Under the pieces are notes generated by a model. It was not told where the DNA came from and searched no databases. It saw only the letters and a program-made list of their open reading frames with translations. The translations under genes were made by a program, and so were the position numbers. Shown piece after piece: positions 25,124-34,174 of a DNA stretch of 64,000 nucleotides; within the stretch, counting starts at the first letter, position 1; each line of letters opens with the position of its first letter. Where the stretch lies: the sequence record NC_042056.1. One strand, written 5' to 3'.

Positions 25124-25965
25124 GAACCCCAATAAGCGTTGATCGTGTATTTGGGAACTATCAGATGTCAATCGCCACTTCACTGGCGATGGAAGGTTTA
25201 CTCCATACGGGCGAATATGCCGACTGGAAAGGCAAGCTGCCCATCCATGAGTATCAGGAAATTTATCTGAATCTCCGTACGTTGTTCCGTAATGCATTTT
25301 ACGCATTCGAAGATAATCGTGAAAGATTAACTGCTGAAGTTTTAAGAACTTGTGTCGAAGAAGATATAGAACAATTCACTGCCACCGCTGCGGCGGTGGC
25401 CCCCACGGTGGTATGTGTCCCTTATATCTGTCTGTACAAATCGGCCAATAAGCAGTTCCCTCTCGCGAAGTTCCGTAATGCGTTAGGTGGCGACGAAACA
25501 ATGACCCCGAATCAGGCGTTCTTCAATTCCGTTGAGCAGGATTTGTATCACATGCTCACGAACGAAGAGACGGGGATGGAAAACCTTCTGGCGTTTGATG
25601 TGTTTCCAAAGAACAACAAAGACACCCTGTTGTTAACCCACTATCCAGCCGATCTTATCCACAAAGAGCGGTTCCCGAAACTGGGCCTGCTTGAATCCCA
25701 CAGCGGGAAGGTAAAGAAACAACTGGAGTGGTACACGAAGATGTACAACAAGCCGAAGCAGATACCGTTTAACAAAGCGTTTCTGACTCTGTTTGGTGAC
25801 CAGTACATGTTCGCGCCACAAGACAGAAAGATTCGTAACGTGTTACTGAAAACGGCTGAGAAATACAACTGGGATCAGACCACGTCGATGGACCGTATTT
25901 ACAACTGCCTGAAGTTGGTCAACGAACCGCACGTTATTGATTACCTGCGCAAATTGAGCCACTAA
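25120..25965 (+). CDS. conserved hypothetical protein (possible nuclease-like fold)
   Basis: 281 aa, coupled to the SbcD-like gene; fold is a guess. Confidence 0.65.
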   Translation: MRTPISVDRVFGNYQMSIATSLAMEGLLHTGEYADWKGKLPIHEYQEIYLNLRTLFRNAFYAFEDNRERLTAEVLRTCVEEDIEQFTATAAAVAPTVVCVPYICLYKSANKQFPLAKFRNALGGDETMTPNQAFFNSVEQDLYHMLTNEETGMENLLAFDVFPKNNKDTLLLTHYPADLIHKERFPKLGLLESHSGKVKKQLEWYTKMYNKPKQIPFNKAFLTLFGDQYMFAPQDRKIRNVLLKTAEKYNWDQTTSMDRIYNCLKLVNEPHVIDYLRKLSH

Positions 25966-26027
25966 CTTTTTACACCACTGGGGTATCCTTTGAGGATACC
26001 CAAACATTTTAATTGAAGGACGCCAAC

Positions 26028-26690
26028 ATGGCCATGATCAACAAAGAACTCTTTAACGACAAATGGTGCTACCCGCAGACCGAGCCTGATAATCAGGGCA
26101 ACACACGTAAGCTGGGTATCGAGCCGAACTTCTTTAAAGACTCGCCCGATTGCGAAGGTCTGAAGTTCAGCTACTCGTTCGGTAAAGGCGAAGGCGTTTA
26201 TTACAACCTCGGCCCGACCATGTGTCAGGTGCTGGTTGATGCTCTGCAAGACATGCTGAAGAAGTCTGAAAAAGACGTTCTCAGTCTGCCATTCTCCGGC
26301 GGTAATAAAGGTACCATTACACTGTCTGTCGGCCGTGGCGATGACCTGATCCCGTTCATGGCGATTGGTGGTGAAATCAATGGTCAGCGTCGCACGAAGA
26401 AGTTCTTCTTCACCACACCGAAAGGTTACGGTATTGTGCGCAACGGTACGCCGGTGTCTGATCTCGAAAATGCGGAACGCATGTGTCGCGCCTTTATTGG
26501 TCGCTTCCATAAGTTCCAAGAGTGGCTGGATGATAGCTACAAGAAACGCGAATGGAATCAGAATGGCGGCGGTCGTCAGGGTAGTGGTGGTTACAATCGT
26601 CAAGGCGGTGGTAACAACAACAACTATCAAGGTGGCGGCAACCAGCAGTCTGCTCCGGCAGCAACGGACAATTTTGACGACTACGTTTAA
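26028..26690 (+). CDS. chmC: probable ChmC, nucleus-associated nucleic-acid-binding protein (phiKZ gp67 position)
   Basis: Directly upstream of the gp68-like gene, with a G/N/Q-rich disordered tail ending DNFDDYV. Assigned by synteny. Confidence 0.55.
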   Translation: MAMINKELFNDKWCYPQTEPDNQGNTRKLGIEPNFFKDSPDCEGLKFSYSFGKGEGVYYNLGPTMCQVLVDALQDMLKKSEKDVLSLPFSGGNKGTITLSVGRGDDLIPFMAIGGEINGQRRTKKFFFTTPKGYGIVRNGTPVSDLENAERMCRAFIGRFHKFQEWLDDSYKKREWNQNGGGRQGSGGYNRQGGGNNNNYQGGGNQQSAPAATDNFDDYV

Positions 26691-26809
26691 CTAAAATAAT
26701 GCCCACGGGACAACCCGTGGGCTTAGGATGATTATGTGTTCCGGTTGCATTCGATTCCTTTTTAGATAGATTTTATCGTCGTGCTAATAACAATCGGGGT
26801 TTCGCGATA

Positions 26810-28435
26810 ATGAAAATTGTAAAGAACAAAGAGATTATTACTATCAGCCACAATGGGGAGGAAGTACGGTTTGACCAGATTCCAACCCAGCGTAAACGGC
26901 AGGGTCCCGAGCCGCGTGATAGTAAGGGTGTCGTGTTAACAGCAGACCGTTTGCTGTTCAGTGAACTGAATCGTTATTGGGGTACGCTGACTGAGGCGGA
27001 ACAAGACGAGTTGTTCGGGGCTTATACGTTGTTGTCGGAATTAGCAGTAGAAGGCGATGAGGTTATAAGCGAACATGCACCGAAGGTCATGGAAATCATC
27101 GCGAAACACCACAAAGCCGAACGTTTCAGAGAGCTGTATCCGCTGAAGAACGTGTTCATTCCGCAGAAGCTGCATGCGTCGATTGCAGACATGTCACCGA
27201 ACTACACGGAGTCCATGACGTACTTTGTCCCGGACTATTATCATCTGATGATTTTGACGTTGTTAATCAAACCGTTTATTCCGGTGTTTGCGGTGCTTGG
27301 GGCATACGTGGCAGGTAAAGGTATCTCGCAGGAAGCTAAGCGTAAGGTTGTGTACAAAATCAACCTCGCGTTCGACCTGCTGTCCGATACAGAAATCCGC
27401 CAGTCCGAAGCTGTTCAGAAGCTGGAGTTGTTCTTACCGAGTCTGGTAGAGAAGTTCCAGAAAGAGATGAGTAACCGTGGCTCAGGTACCAGCCTGTCAA
27501 TCCTGTCATCCGTTATGGGGTACGGGTCTGACATGATGGATGAATACCTGTTGTCGTTGACGATTGTTCGTCTACTGGCGCTGCGTCCGTGCTATTGCGA
27601 TTTCCCAGACGGGTCACTGGAAGACAGTTCTATCGTCTCCAGCATCTATTTCGGTATTCGCACCGAAGTGGAATCCGGCTTTGCAAACCGCATCGCAGGT
27701 CAGCAGGTTATCTTGAAACAACATCCGACTGCCGTGGTGTTTAATGGGGAAAAGGGGAAGGTCAGTGCCATCGACTTAGTACAAGGTCGTAGCCCTGCAC
27801 CAATAAAGGAATATGTGCGTCCAGGCATGACGTTTAAGGATTACCGCCGTTTCATCAAAACGACCGGTTATGATATTGCGCCTGCCAACGCGAAGTGTCT
27901 GATTGATTCGCAAATCGTCAATCACACGGGGCCGACGTACGAACTGCATGAGTGGCTTACCGCCGCGGCTCTGCATCGCTTTACTGACCATCGGTCATTC
28001 AAAGATATTGATCCAGACAAGTTCCCGTATGGGGTTGGTCTTGCTCAGGCCATTTACCTGTACTACGGAATGCCGCAGTTAGCACAACTGCTCAGCTGTG
28101 AAATGTTGCCGGGGAATATCAGTGGTTATCCGATCGAGCCGATCGATAGCGAACTGAAAATATCTACAGATAGATATTATCCTCAGGCATACCGTTCACC
28201 CCGTAACGAATCACAGGAGAGTATCGTTCGCACATCGTTAGAGTTGTTGGTGCGTAATCACCTGAACCCGTATCACTTCCATCTCAAAGCGTCTCCAGAA
28301 GCCGCAGAGCTGTTGAAGTGTGAACCGGATATTCCGAACTATCGACCATACGGTCGTATCCTCACGCAGTTAACTGAGTTCCTCGCGATTCAAGCTCGCC
28401 AGAAAGTCAGTGAAGTAAAATGGTTTAATTCATAA
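26810..28435 (+). CDS. non-virion RNAP promoter-specificity subunit (phiKZ gp68-like)
   Basis: 541 aa; position in the conserved gp67-gp75 block. Confidence 0.65.
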   Translation: MKIVKNKEIITISHNGEEVRFDQIPTQRKRQGPEPRDSKGVVLTADRLLFSELNRYWGTLTEAEQDELFGAYTLLSELAVEGDEVISEHAPKVMEIIAKHHKAERFRELYPLKNVFIPQKLHASIADMSPNYTESMTYFVPDYYHLMILTLLIKPFIPVFAVLGAYVAGKGISQEAKRKVVYKINLAFDLLSDTEIRQSEAVQKLELFLPSLVEKFQKEMSNRGSGTSLSILSSVMGYGSDMMDEYLLSLTIVRLLALRPCYCDFPDGSLEDSSIVSSIYFGIRTEVESGFANRIAGQQVILKQHPTAVVFNGEKGKVSAIDLVQGRSPAPIKEYVRPGMTFKDYRRFIKTTGYDIAPANAKCLIDSQIVNHTGPTYELHEWLTAAALHRFTDHRSFKDIDPDKFPYGVGLAQAIYLYYGMPQLAQLLSCEMLPGNISGYPIEPIDSELKISTDRYYPQAYRSPRNESQESIVRTSLELLVRNHLNPYHFHLKASPEAAELLKCEPDIPNYRPYGRILTQLTEFLAIQARQKVSEVKWFNS

Positions 28436-28446
28436 GGAGAATCAAG

Positions 28447-30144
28447 ATGTTATTACGCGACTTACAGTTATTCCCAGTACGTGAAATCCCACAGCAGTAC
28501 CGTCGTCGTATCGCGTTCAACGCCACGACCGGTGCATTAGGCGAGTTGTCTGAAATCATCGAAGAAAATGGCCAATCTGCTTCGGGTACGCAAGCGTACC
28601 AAGATTCACTCAGTAACATCGTGGGCTTTGATGGTACACCGGACGGTTTCGAACGTCCGTTGGTCAACATCTCCGGCGATGACAAAAAGATTCAACCTTT
28701 CCAGTACGAAAGCCGCGATACTGGTCTGTATAACTTCGTGGCCGTATTGGTGGCAAACCCGATTAACGACACCCGATCTCAGGAGCTGCGTTATATCGTA
28801 ACCGGTTATACCTCACAGGCGGAGCAAAGCCTGTTTGGTAATCTGCCGAACGACATGGTGTTGTACATCAACGAAATCTACGGGATGCAAACGGTCTATG
28901 ACCGTACGCCTCTGGGTGAGCGGGTTATCAACCCGAACGGCTTTAAGATGGTGGATAACCTTGTCCTCTCGCGTGCTCTGGCAACGCAGGGTTATCATGA
29001 ATCCAGCATCAACGCCATCACCATCAGCAAAACCGCTGACATGATTAAGAAGATGAACCTCAACCCGGATGAGAAGTTCATGCCGAACGAGGATGAGATT
29101 TATGCGCCAACTGCCACAGCAGCACCATCGCTGTTGGCAGGCCAACTTAGCCAACCTGAGAACTTCGTGACCGCTATCTCGAACTCTTATCTCCGCACTA
29201 TGGGGATGGACAACGAGTTAACGCAAGTCGAAAGTTTCTTCGAAGGCACCGGCGGTAGTAATGTTGAGAGTGATCTCAACTCACTGGGTGTGGTGCGTAA
29301 CTTCTCGAACTACGACCTGATTAAAGCGTTCCGTCAGGCACTGACCAACTCATTGGGCAGCTCAGCTGACGCGTACAACGTGGCATCACGGGCGCAGTTC
29401 CGTCTGGGTGATCTCAAAGCCGCCGTGGCTAACCCAGAAGAAATCGATCGGCAGATTGTGGCATCGCTTGATCTCGCCCGCAAGCTCGGCCTGGGTGAAA
29501 TCGAACAGACTGACCAGTGGATTGGCCATAACGGTTATTCCACCATGGGCTCTCTGGTGTCGTACGAACTGGCCATGCAGCTAGGCGCGATTCTGTCGCG
29601 TAACCTTGTGAGCCGTGTGAGCTTTGACTTCGATAACCGTCACAGCGATTTCTTGACCCCGGCGCAGTTGACCGTTCACAGTGATTCTATTTACTCACTG
29701 AGCGACCGCCAGTTACCGCGCATTCTGGCAGAACGCTTCGAACGTGATATTCATGCGATGTTTGTGAAGGTGACTAAGCACAACCATATCCGTTGTGCAG
29801 TCAGGGTACATGCTCTGCTGGGTACCGTAACGCGTGTGGAAGTGCTCATGGATGGTGAGACGTCCAAAGAGTTCTTCACTTACGCATCGTTCATGTCTTC
29901 TCGTCTGCATAACGGTAACACCACCAGTCTCGCCTATACGGGTCGTCTGGCGAATGATACTTCGAAGCTGATGAAAGCCATCGAGACGGGTTTTCACGGT
30001 CACACCACCGCCAGCAATCGTAGCAACATCATCACCTCCGCACCGTCATCACCAAATGCGTTCCGCACGGGGAACTCATTGTTAGATGATGATACCCCGG
30101 CAGCAGGCATTCGCCTTGGTACCGGCAACAGCCTGTTAGATTAA
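28447..30144 (+). CDS. picA: probable phage-nucleus import factor PicA/Imp1 (phiKZ gp69 position)
   Basis: 565 aa, directly after the gp68-like gene; synteny only. Confidence 0.6.
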   Translation: MLLRDLQLFPVREIPQQYRRRIAFNATTGALGELSEIIEENGQSASGTQAYQDSLSNIVGFDGTPDGFERPLVNISGDDKKIQPFQYESRDTGLYNFVAVLVANPINDTRSQELRYIVTGYTSQAEQSLFGNLPNDMVLYINEIYGMQTVYDRTPLGERVINPNGFKMVDNLVLSRALATQGYHESSINAITISKTADMIKKMNLNPDEKFMPNEDEIYAPTATAAPSLLAGQLSQPENFVTAISNSYLRTMGMDNELTQVESFFEGTGGSNVESDLNSLGVVRNFSNYDLIKAFRQALTNSLGSSADAYNVASRAQFRLGDLKAAVANPEEIDRQIVASLDLARKLGLGEIEQTDQWIGHNGYSTMGSLVSYELAMQLGAILSRNLVSRVSFDFDNRHSDFLTPAQLTVHSDSIYSLSDRQLPRILAERFERDIHAMFVKVTKHNHIRCAVRVHALLGTVTRVEVLMDGETSKEFFTYASFMSSRLHNGNTTSLAYTGRLANDTSKLMKAIETGFHGHTTASNRSNIITSAPSSPNAFRTGNSLLDDDTPAAGIRLGTGNSLLD

Positions 30145-30153
30145 GGATAAACA

Positions 30154-31524
30154 ATGCACATCATTAAGTTTTATCAATCCATGTTGGAATCGCTTGGGTT
30201 CAATCGTGACGGTGACCTGATGGTCTATGCGGACGATGGCACTCCGGCGTATTTCACGTACAACAAAGAGAAGCGCCGTCTGGTGCTTCCTACCAATGCC
30301 ATGATTAAAGCGGGCATGGAAGATGCGAACGGCAAAGAATGCCACGCCTTCCATCCGCTGTGTGAATCCGTACTGACCGGGGAATCGGGCACCATCCGTT
30401 TCCTCAAACGTGCGATTCGCATGCGTCTGTGGATGAACAGCTTCGATCTCATCGATGCGATTCTTGACACGGCAGCAGAAGGCAAAACCATCAAGCAGGC
30501 GTCTTACAAGAAGTTCATGACGGATGTTATCTGTCAGGGCATCAAAGATCCGAAGCTCGATGATAAGCTGCGTGCGGCGTGGGTTACTCTGCGTAACCAC
30601 ATGATGGAAGTGGAGAACAAGAAGCAAACCAACTTGTTCATTGCCTCCGACATGTCCATCGAAGGTGTGAAGTATGTCCGTGTGGCAAACTTCAAACACA
30701 TCTTTGAAGAAGAGTCGTACGACGACACCGCAACCTACTTCGGGGTGAAGTTACCGCGTAAGCAGGATAAGGTGATTCTGCATCGCCTGCTGATGACCGT
30801 GTTCGGTTGGTATCCGAGTATGTGTGGTTCCAATGACAACCGTCCGTACTTCGGCTGTCTGGCACGCGGTTGGGCACAATGGGTCATGAACTACAACAAC
30901 GTAGTGAAAGCCTTACGTGAACACTGCGCGCTGAAACCACTGAGCGATGAATGGATTGGTCAGCTGGATGAACTCCAGCAATACGACAACGTGATTCAAA
31001 CGCTGCCGTATAACACCGGTTCATCATCCAAAGACCCGGAACGTGATACCACCGCGCGTGAGTATAGCGTAACGCCAACCACCACGAGTCGTTCAGTTGA
31101 TCTGTTAGCCTCCGAACAGAACAAGCCTGAGCAAGGTAGTCTGGAAGCGTTCTTCGACAAAGCACTGCCGAAGACAGTTACCTCTACCGGACTGGACATC
31201 AGCAAGCTGACCCCTGCCCAGCAGAAGTCGCTGCGTGAGAACGGACACCTTAACGGTACGTCTGACCAGTCCATCGTGGGCAAATCTCTGTCTGAAGCCA
31301 TGGGCCAAACACCACGTAACCCATTGGGCCTGACGTCTGAGATTGATCGTCGTAGTCTGCTGTCGACCAGCACTGCGAGTGGATTGTCCAGTAGCGGTAA
31401 CTCGTTGCTGAATGATGCCCCGCCGCGTCTGGGTGGGCTGGCGGGTCTGGGTGGCGAGACGTCAAGTGGCCCACGTCTGGGTGGTATCGATCCAACGAAA
31501 CCGAAAGACGGGTTCCACTGGTAA
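30154..31524 (+). CDS. conserved protein (phiKZ gp70 position)
   Basis: 456 aa with a low-complexity S/G-rich C-terminal third. Confidence 0.75.
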   Translation: MHIIKFYQSMLESLGFNRDGDLMVYADDGTPAYFTYNKEKRRLVLPTNAMIKAGMEDANGKECHAFHPLCESVLTGESGTIRFLKRAIRMRLWMNSFDLIDAILDTAAEGKTIKQASYKKFMTDVICQGIKDPKLDDKLRAAWVTLRNHMMEVENKKQTNLFIASDMSIEGVKYVRVANFKHIFEEESYDDTATYFGVKLPRKQDKVILHRLLMTVFGWYPSMCGSNDNRPYFGCLARGWAQWVMNYNNVVKALREHCALKPLSDEWIGQLDELQQYDNVIQTLPYNTGSSSKDPERDTTAREYSVTPTTTSRSVDLLASEQNKPEQGSLEAFFDKALPKTVTSTGLDISKLTPAQQKSLRENGHLNGTSDQSIVGKSLSEAMGQTPRNPLGLTSEIDRRSLLSTSTASGLSSSGNSLLNDAPPRLGGLAGLGGETSSGPRLGGIDPTKPKDGFHW

Positions 31525-31536
31525 AAAAATAAAAGA

Positions 31537-31565
31537 AGGAAGGGACCGAAGTCCCTTCTTTTTTT
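31537..31565. terminator. bidirectional terminator
   Basis: AAGAAGGGAC/GTCCCTTCTT plus T-run, between convergent genes. Confidence 0.75.
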
Positions 31566-31566
31566 G

Positions 31567-31890
31567 TCAGGTGGTAATGGTGTTCAAAACGTTCTCCACA
31601 ACCACCGGCGATGGAATACGTAGCACCGGATATTTCTCCGGCGTGAAATCCATCGGGTTCGATATCCCATTAATGAGCATAATGGGGTAAACTTGATTAT
31701 CCTGAATCTCGGCAAGTTTGCAGTATGCATAGAAGCTATGTATTTCTGGCCAAGCAAACTCCGCCTTTGTCGGGACATCCACAGTCTCTGGATGATTCCT
31801 AAAGTATTCAGTGTAGTCTTGCATTAGTTTGCGACGTTGACTATCGAGCGAAGGTACAACTTCACCGAGAGTGATCGAGCTGATAAGCAT
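31567..31890 (-). CDS. small protein, possibly LysM/T4 gp53-like baseplate component
   Basis: AAGGAG RBS before ATG 31890. YPIMLINGISNPMDF resembles gp53/LysM-type proteins. Confidence 0.5.
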   Translation of the reverse strand: MLISSITLGEVVPSLDSQRRKLMQDYTEYFRNHPETVDVPTKAEFAWPEIHSFYAYCKLAEIQDNQVYPIMLINGISNPMDFTPEKYPVLRIPSPVVVENVLNTITT

Positions 31891-31919
31891 GAGGTCTCCT
31901 TGAAAAGATCTACGAATAT

Positions 31920-31934
31920 ATATTATCTCGGTGA
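31920..31934 (+). promoter_or_regulatory. putative early promoter
   Basis: ATATTATC-TCG-GTGA upstream of the nvRNAP beta gene. Confidence 0.6.
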
Positions 31935-31960
31935 AGTAACCAAGAAGGAGTATTAAAGTA

Positions 31961-34174
31961 ATGAGCATGCCCGTACAATTAGTCGGCACCCACGCCGACC
32001 GTGAGTATTTGATTCGTAACCAATCGGGTGCGCGTGCATCGATGGTAGGTGGCCATATGAAATCGGCTGCACCCATTGACCACCCAACCCCGATGTTCCA
32101 TTTCACAGGTGCGGATTCAAACTACCACGACGTCCTCTTCAACGACATCGTTGAGGATTCAGGTAGCGTTTGTATCTATAACGATAATGGCACACACAAA
32201 AGAGCGGTGTTCACACGCCATGCCCAAATCGGCAGTGGCTCTCCGCTAGAGCATGCAATCTTCTTTCGTCGTAGTGAAACCAGTCCCGGCATGCTGAACA
32301 AGCCTGTCATGGATGTTATTGAAATAAACCACTATACTTCGCACGATAACGTCTTCACATCTGAGAAGCGTATCACCGATAAACTTCGGGCGATCTTACG
32401 TGGTGAAACCACCGTGTTGGAAAAGGATGAAATCCTGACCGAAATGAACTCCATGATGAACGGGGAATTTGTTGACGGTGTTGCGCTGCCAACAGTGACC
32501 ATGTCGCATCCGGATATCATTGAGGATTCCTACACGATCTCAAAAACCGCCGCCGCGTTAATGCATGCCTATGGTTTCAAAGAAATCTGGATATCGTTAC
32601 GCGAAGACGAGTTCTTGCTGGATACTTACGGTTACGACACACCCAACGGTCGTGTGCCGCAGTATTTCCCGAACGTGGGACAAGCAATCCGTGATGATGG
32701 TTTGGTAATCGCCACGCGTCAATTCGACCCGTTGTACGCGGCTATCAATGCTTCTATCGGTGAGCTACAGCATGTCTCGCCACACTTTGACCACTGTGAA
32801 TACGTTGACGCTGATCCGAAGCACTATGAAAACCCAACGGATGAAAACGGTTCACGGGTGATTGACATTCAGGTGTGGCGTGATGATGTTAGCTTTAGCA
32901 ATGGTAACAACAACATCAAAGCCACCGAAGAGAACAAACGCGTTCTTGACTCGTATGCTGTGGCGTTGAAAGACTACTACCGCGAAATCGTTCGCTTCTA
33001 CTTCCTCGTGAAAGATGATGTGGTGTGGTCACCGAAAGCCTGTGAGTTCTTAGAGAAAGCGTTCGCCTCTGAAACTCATGAAGTGTATCAGGAATTCCGC
33101 GAAGAGATTCGTGGTGTGGTTGAAGCAGCGGTACGCCGTGGTGAGTATAAGAAAGACACCATGGAAACCAAAATCATCAACCGTATCAACCGTCCAGTGG
33201 AACGTTCCCTGCGCGACCCTATCAACACGTACACCATTAAGCTTGTGGTGCGCTATCCGATCCCGGTCACTGTCTCGTCCAAGATTACGGACTTGTCAGG
33301 TACGAAAGGTATCGTTGGCGAAGTGAAAGAAGACGAAGACATGCCACTGAACGAATTCGGACAACGCGTCCATTCAATTCGTTCGATGAATGCTGTGGTT
33401 CGTCGCTCAACGTACTCTGCTCTGTTCCACATGTATTGGTCAGCTGCATCTGAACAACTCAAGATGCGCTTAAAGCCAATGTTGGATGCAGGCAAGGTGA
33501 ATGAATCGTGGAATGTCCTGATGGATTATCTCGCACGGTACAATCCCGATTGGGCAAACTGTCTGAACGTGACGCACGATACGCATCAGAAACGACTGGA
33601 ACTCTTCAAAGAGATCTACGACTTCACGATTCGTATCTGGCTACCGCATGAACTGGACAATACGCCGATTGGTATCACCAAAGCGTTGGGTGAATTTGCA
33701 CCGAAGAAGTCCCGTCTCCAGATCACCAACTACCAAGGTGAGAAGGAATGGACGAAGAATGAATTCTACGTGGGTAATGTCATGACCTTGCGTCTTGACA
33801 AAACCGGTCGTGAGTTCTCGTCTATCTCTTCGATGCACACGAACTATCTGGGCTGTATTGATGCATCAGGACAAGGGCGTGGGTCATATCCCATTAACTA
33901 CAGTCCGAAGAAGTGGGGTGGTGAAGCAGAGCACCGACTGACGGATGGCTACGGCCAAGGTCTGTTCGATGAAGCGCATAACCGTTCCAACTGTCCAGAT
34001 GTCCATCGTCAGATTGTTGAAGGGAAGTATGCTTCCGATACCCCAAGCAATCCGGGTGTGTTGGTTGACCGTGAACGTTACCCGCTGGGTGAATCGCAAG
34101 TGGATAAGATGATTGACAACATACACCGCTGTGAAGGGTTTGTGTTAGTGCGCCCCGCTCGGGAGGATAATTGA
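31961..34174 (+). CDS. non-virion RNA polymerase beta C-terminal subunit (phiKZ gp71-73-like)
   Basis: KITDLSGTKGIVG corresponds to the beta GDK...HGxKG motif; also HPDIIEDS and GGEAE. Confidence 0.85.
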   Translation: MSMPVQLVGTHADREYLIRNQSGARASMVGGHMKSAAPIDHPTPMFHFTGADSNYHDVLFNDIVEDSGSVCIYNDNGTHKRAVFTRHAQIGSGSPLEHAIFFRRSETSPGMLNKPVMDVIEINHYTSHDNVFTSEKRITDKLRAILRGETTVLEKDEILTEMNSMMNGEFVDGVALPTVTMSHPDIIEDSYTISKTAAALMHAYGFKEIWISLREDEFLLDTYGYDTPNGRVPQYFPNVGQAIRDDGLVIATRQFDPLYAAINASIGELQHVSPHFDHCEYVDADPKHYENPTDENGSRVIDIQVWRDDVSFSNGNNNIKATEENKRVLDSYAVALKDYYREIVRFYFLVKDDVVWSPKACEFLEKAFASETHEVYQEFREEIRGVVEAAVRRGEYKKDTMETKIINRINRPVERSLRDPINTYTIKLVVRYPIPVTVSSKITDLSGTKGIVGEVKEDEDMPLNEFGQRVHSIRSMNAVVRRSTYSALFHMYWSAASEQLKMRLKPMLDAGKVNESWNVLMDYLARYNPDWANCLNVTHDTHQKRLELFKEIYDFTIRIWLPHELDNTPIGITKALGEFAPKKSRLQITNYQGEKEWTKNEFYVGNVMTLRLDKTGREFSSISSMHTNYLGCIDASGQGRGSYPINYSPKKWGGEAEHRLTDGYGQGLFDEAHNRSNCPDVHRQIVEGKYASDTPSNPGVLVDRERYPLGESQVDKMIDNIHRCEGFVLVRPAREDN

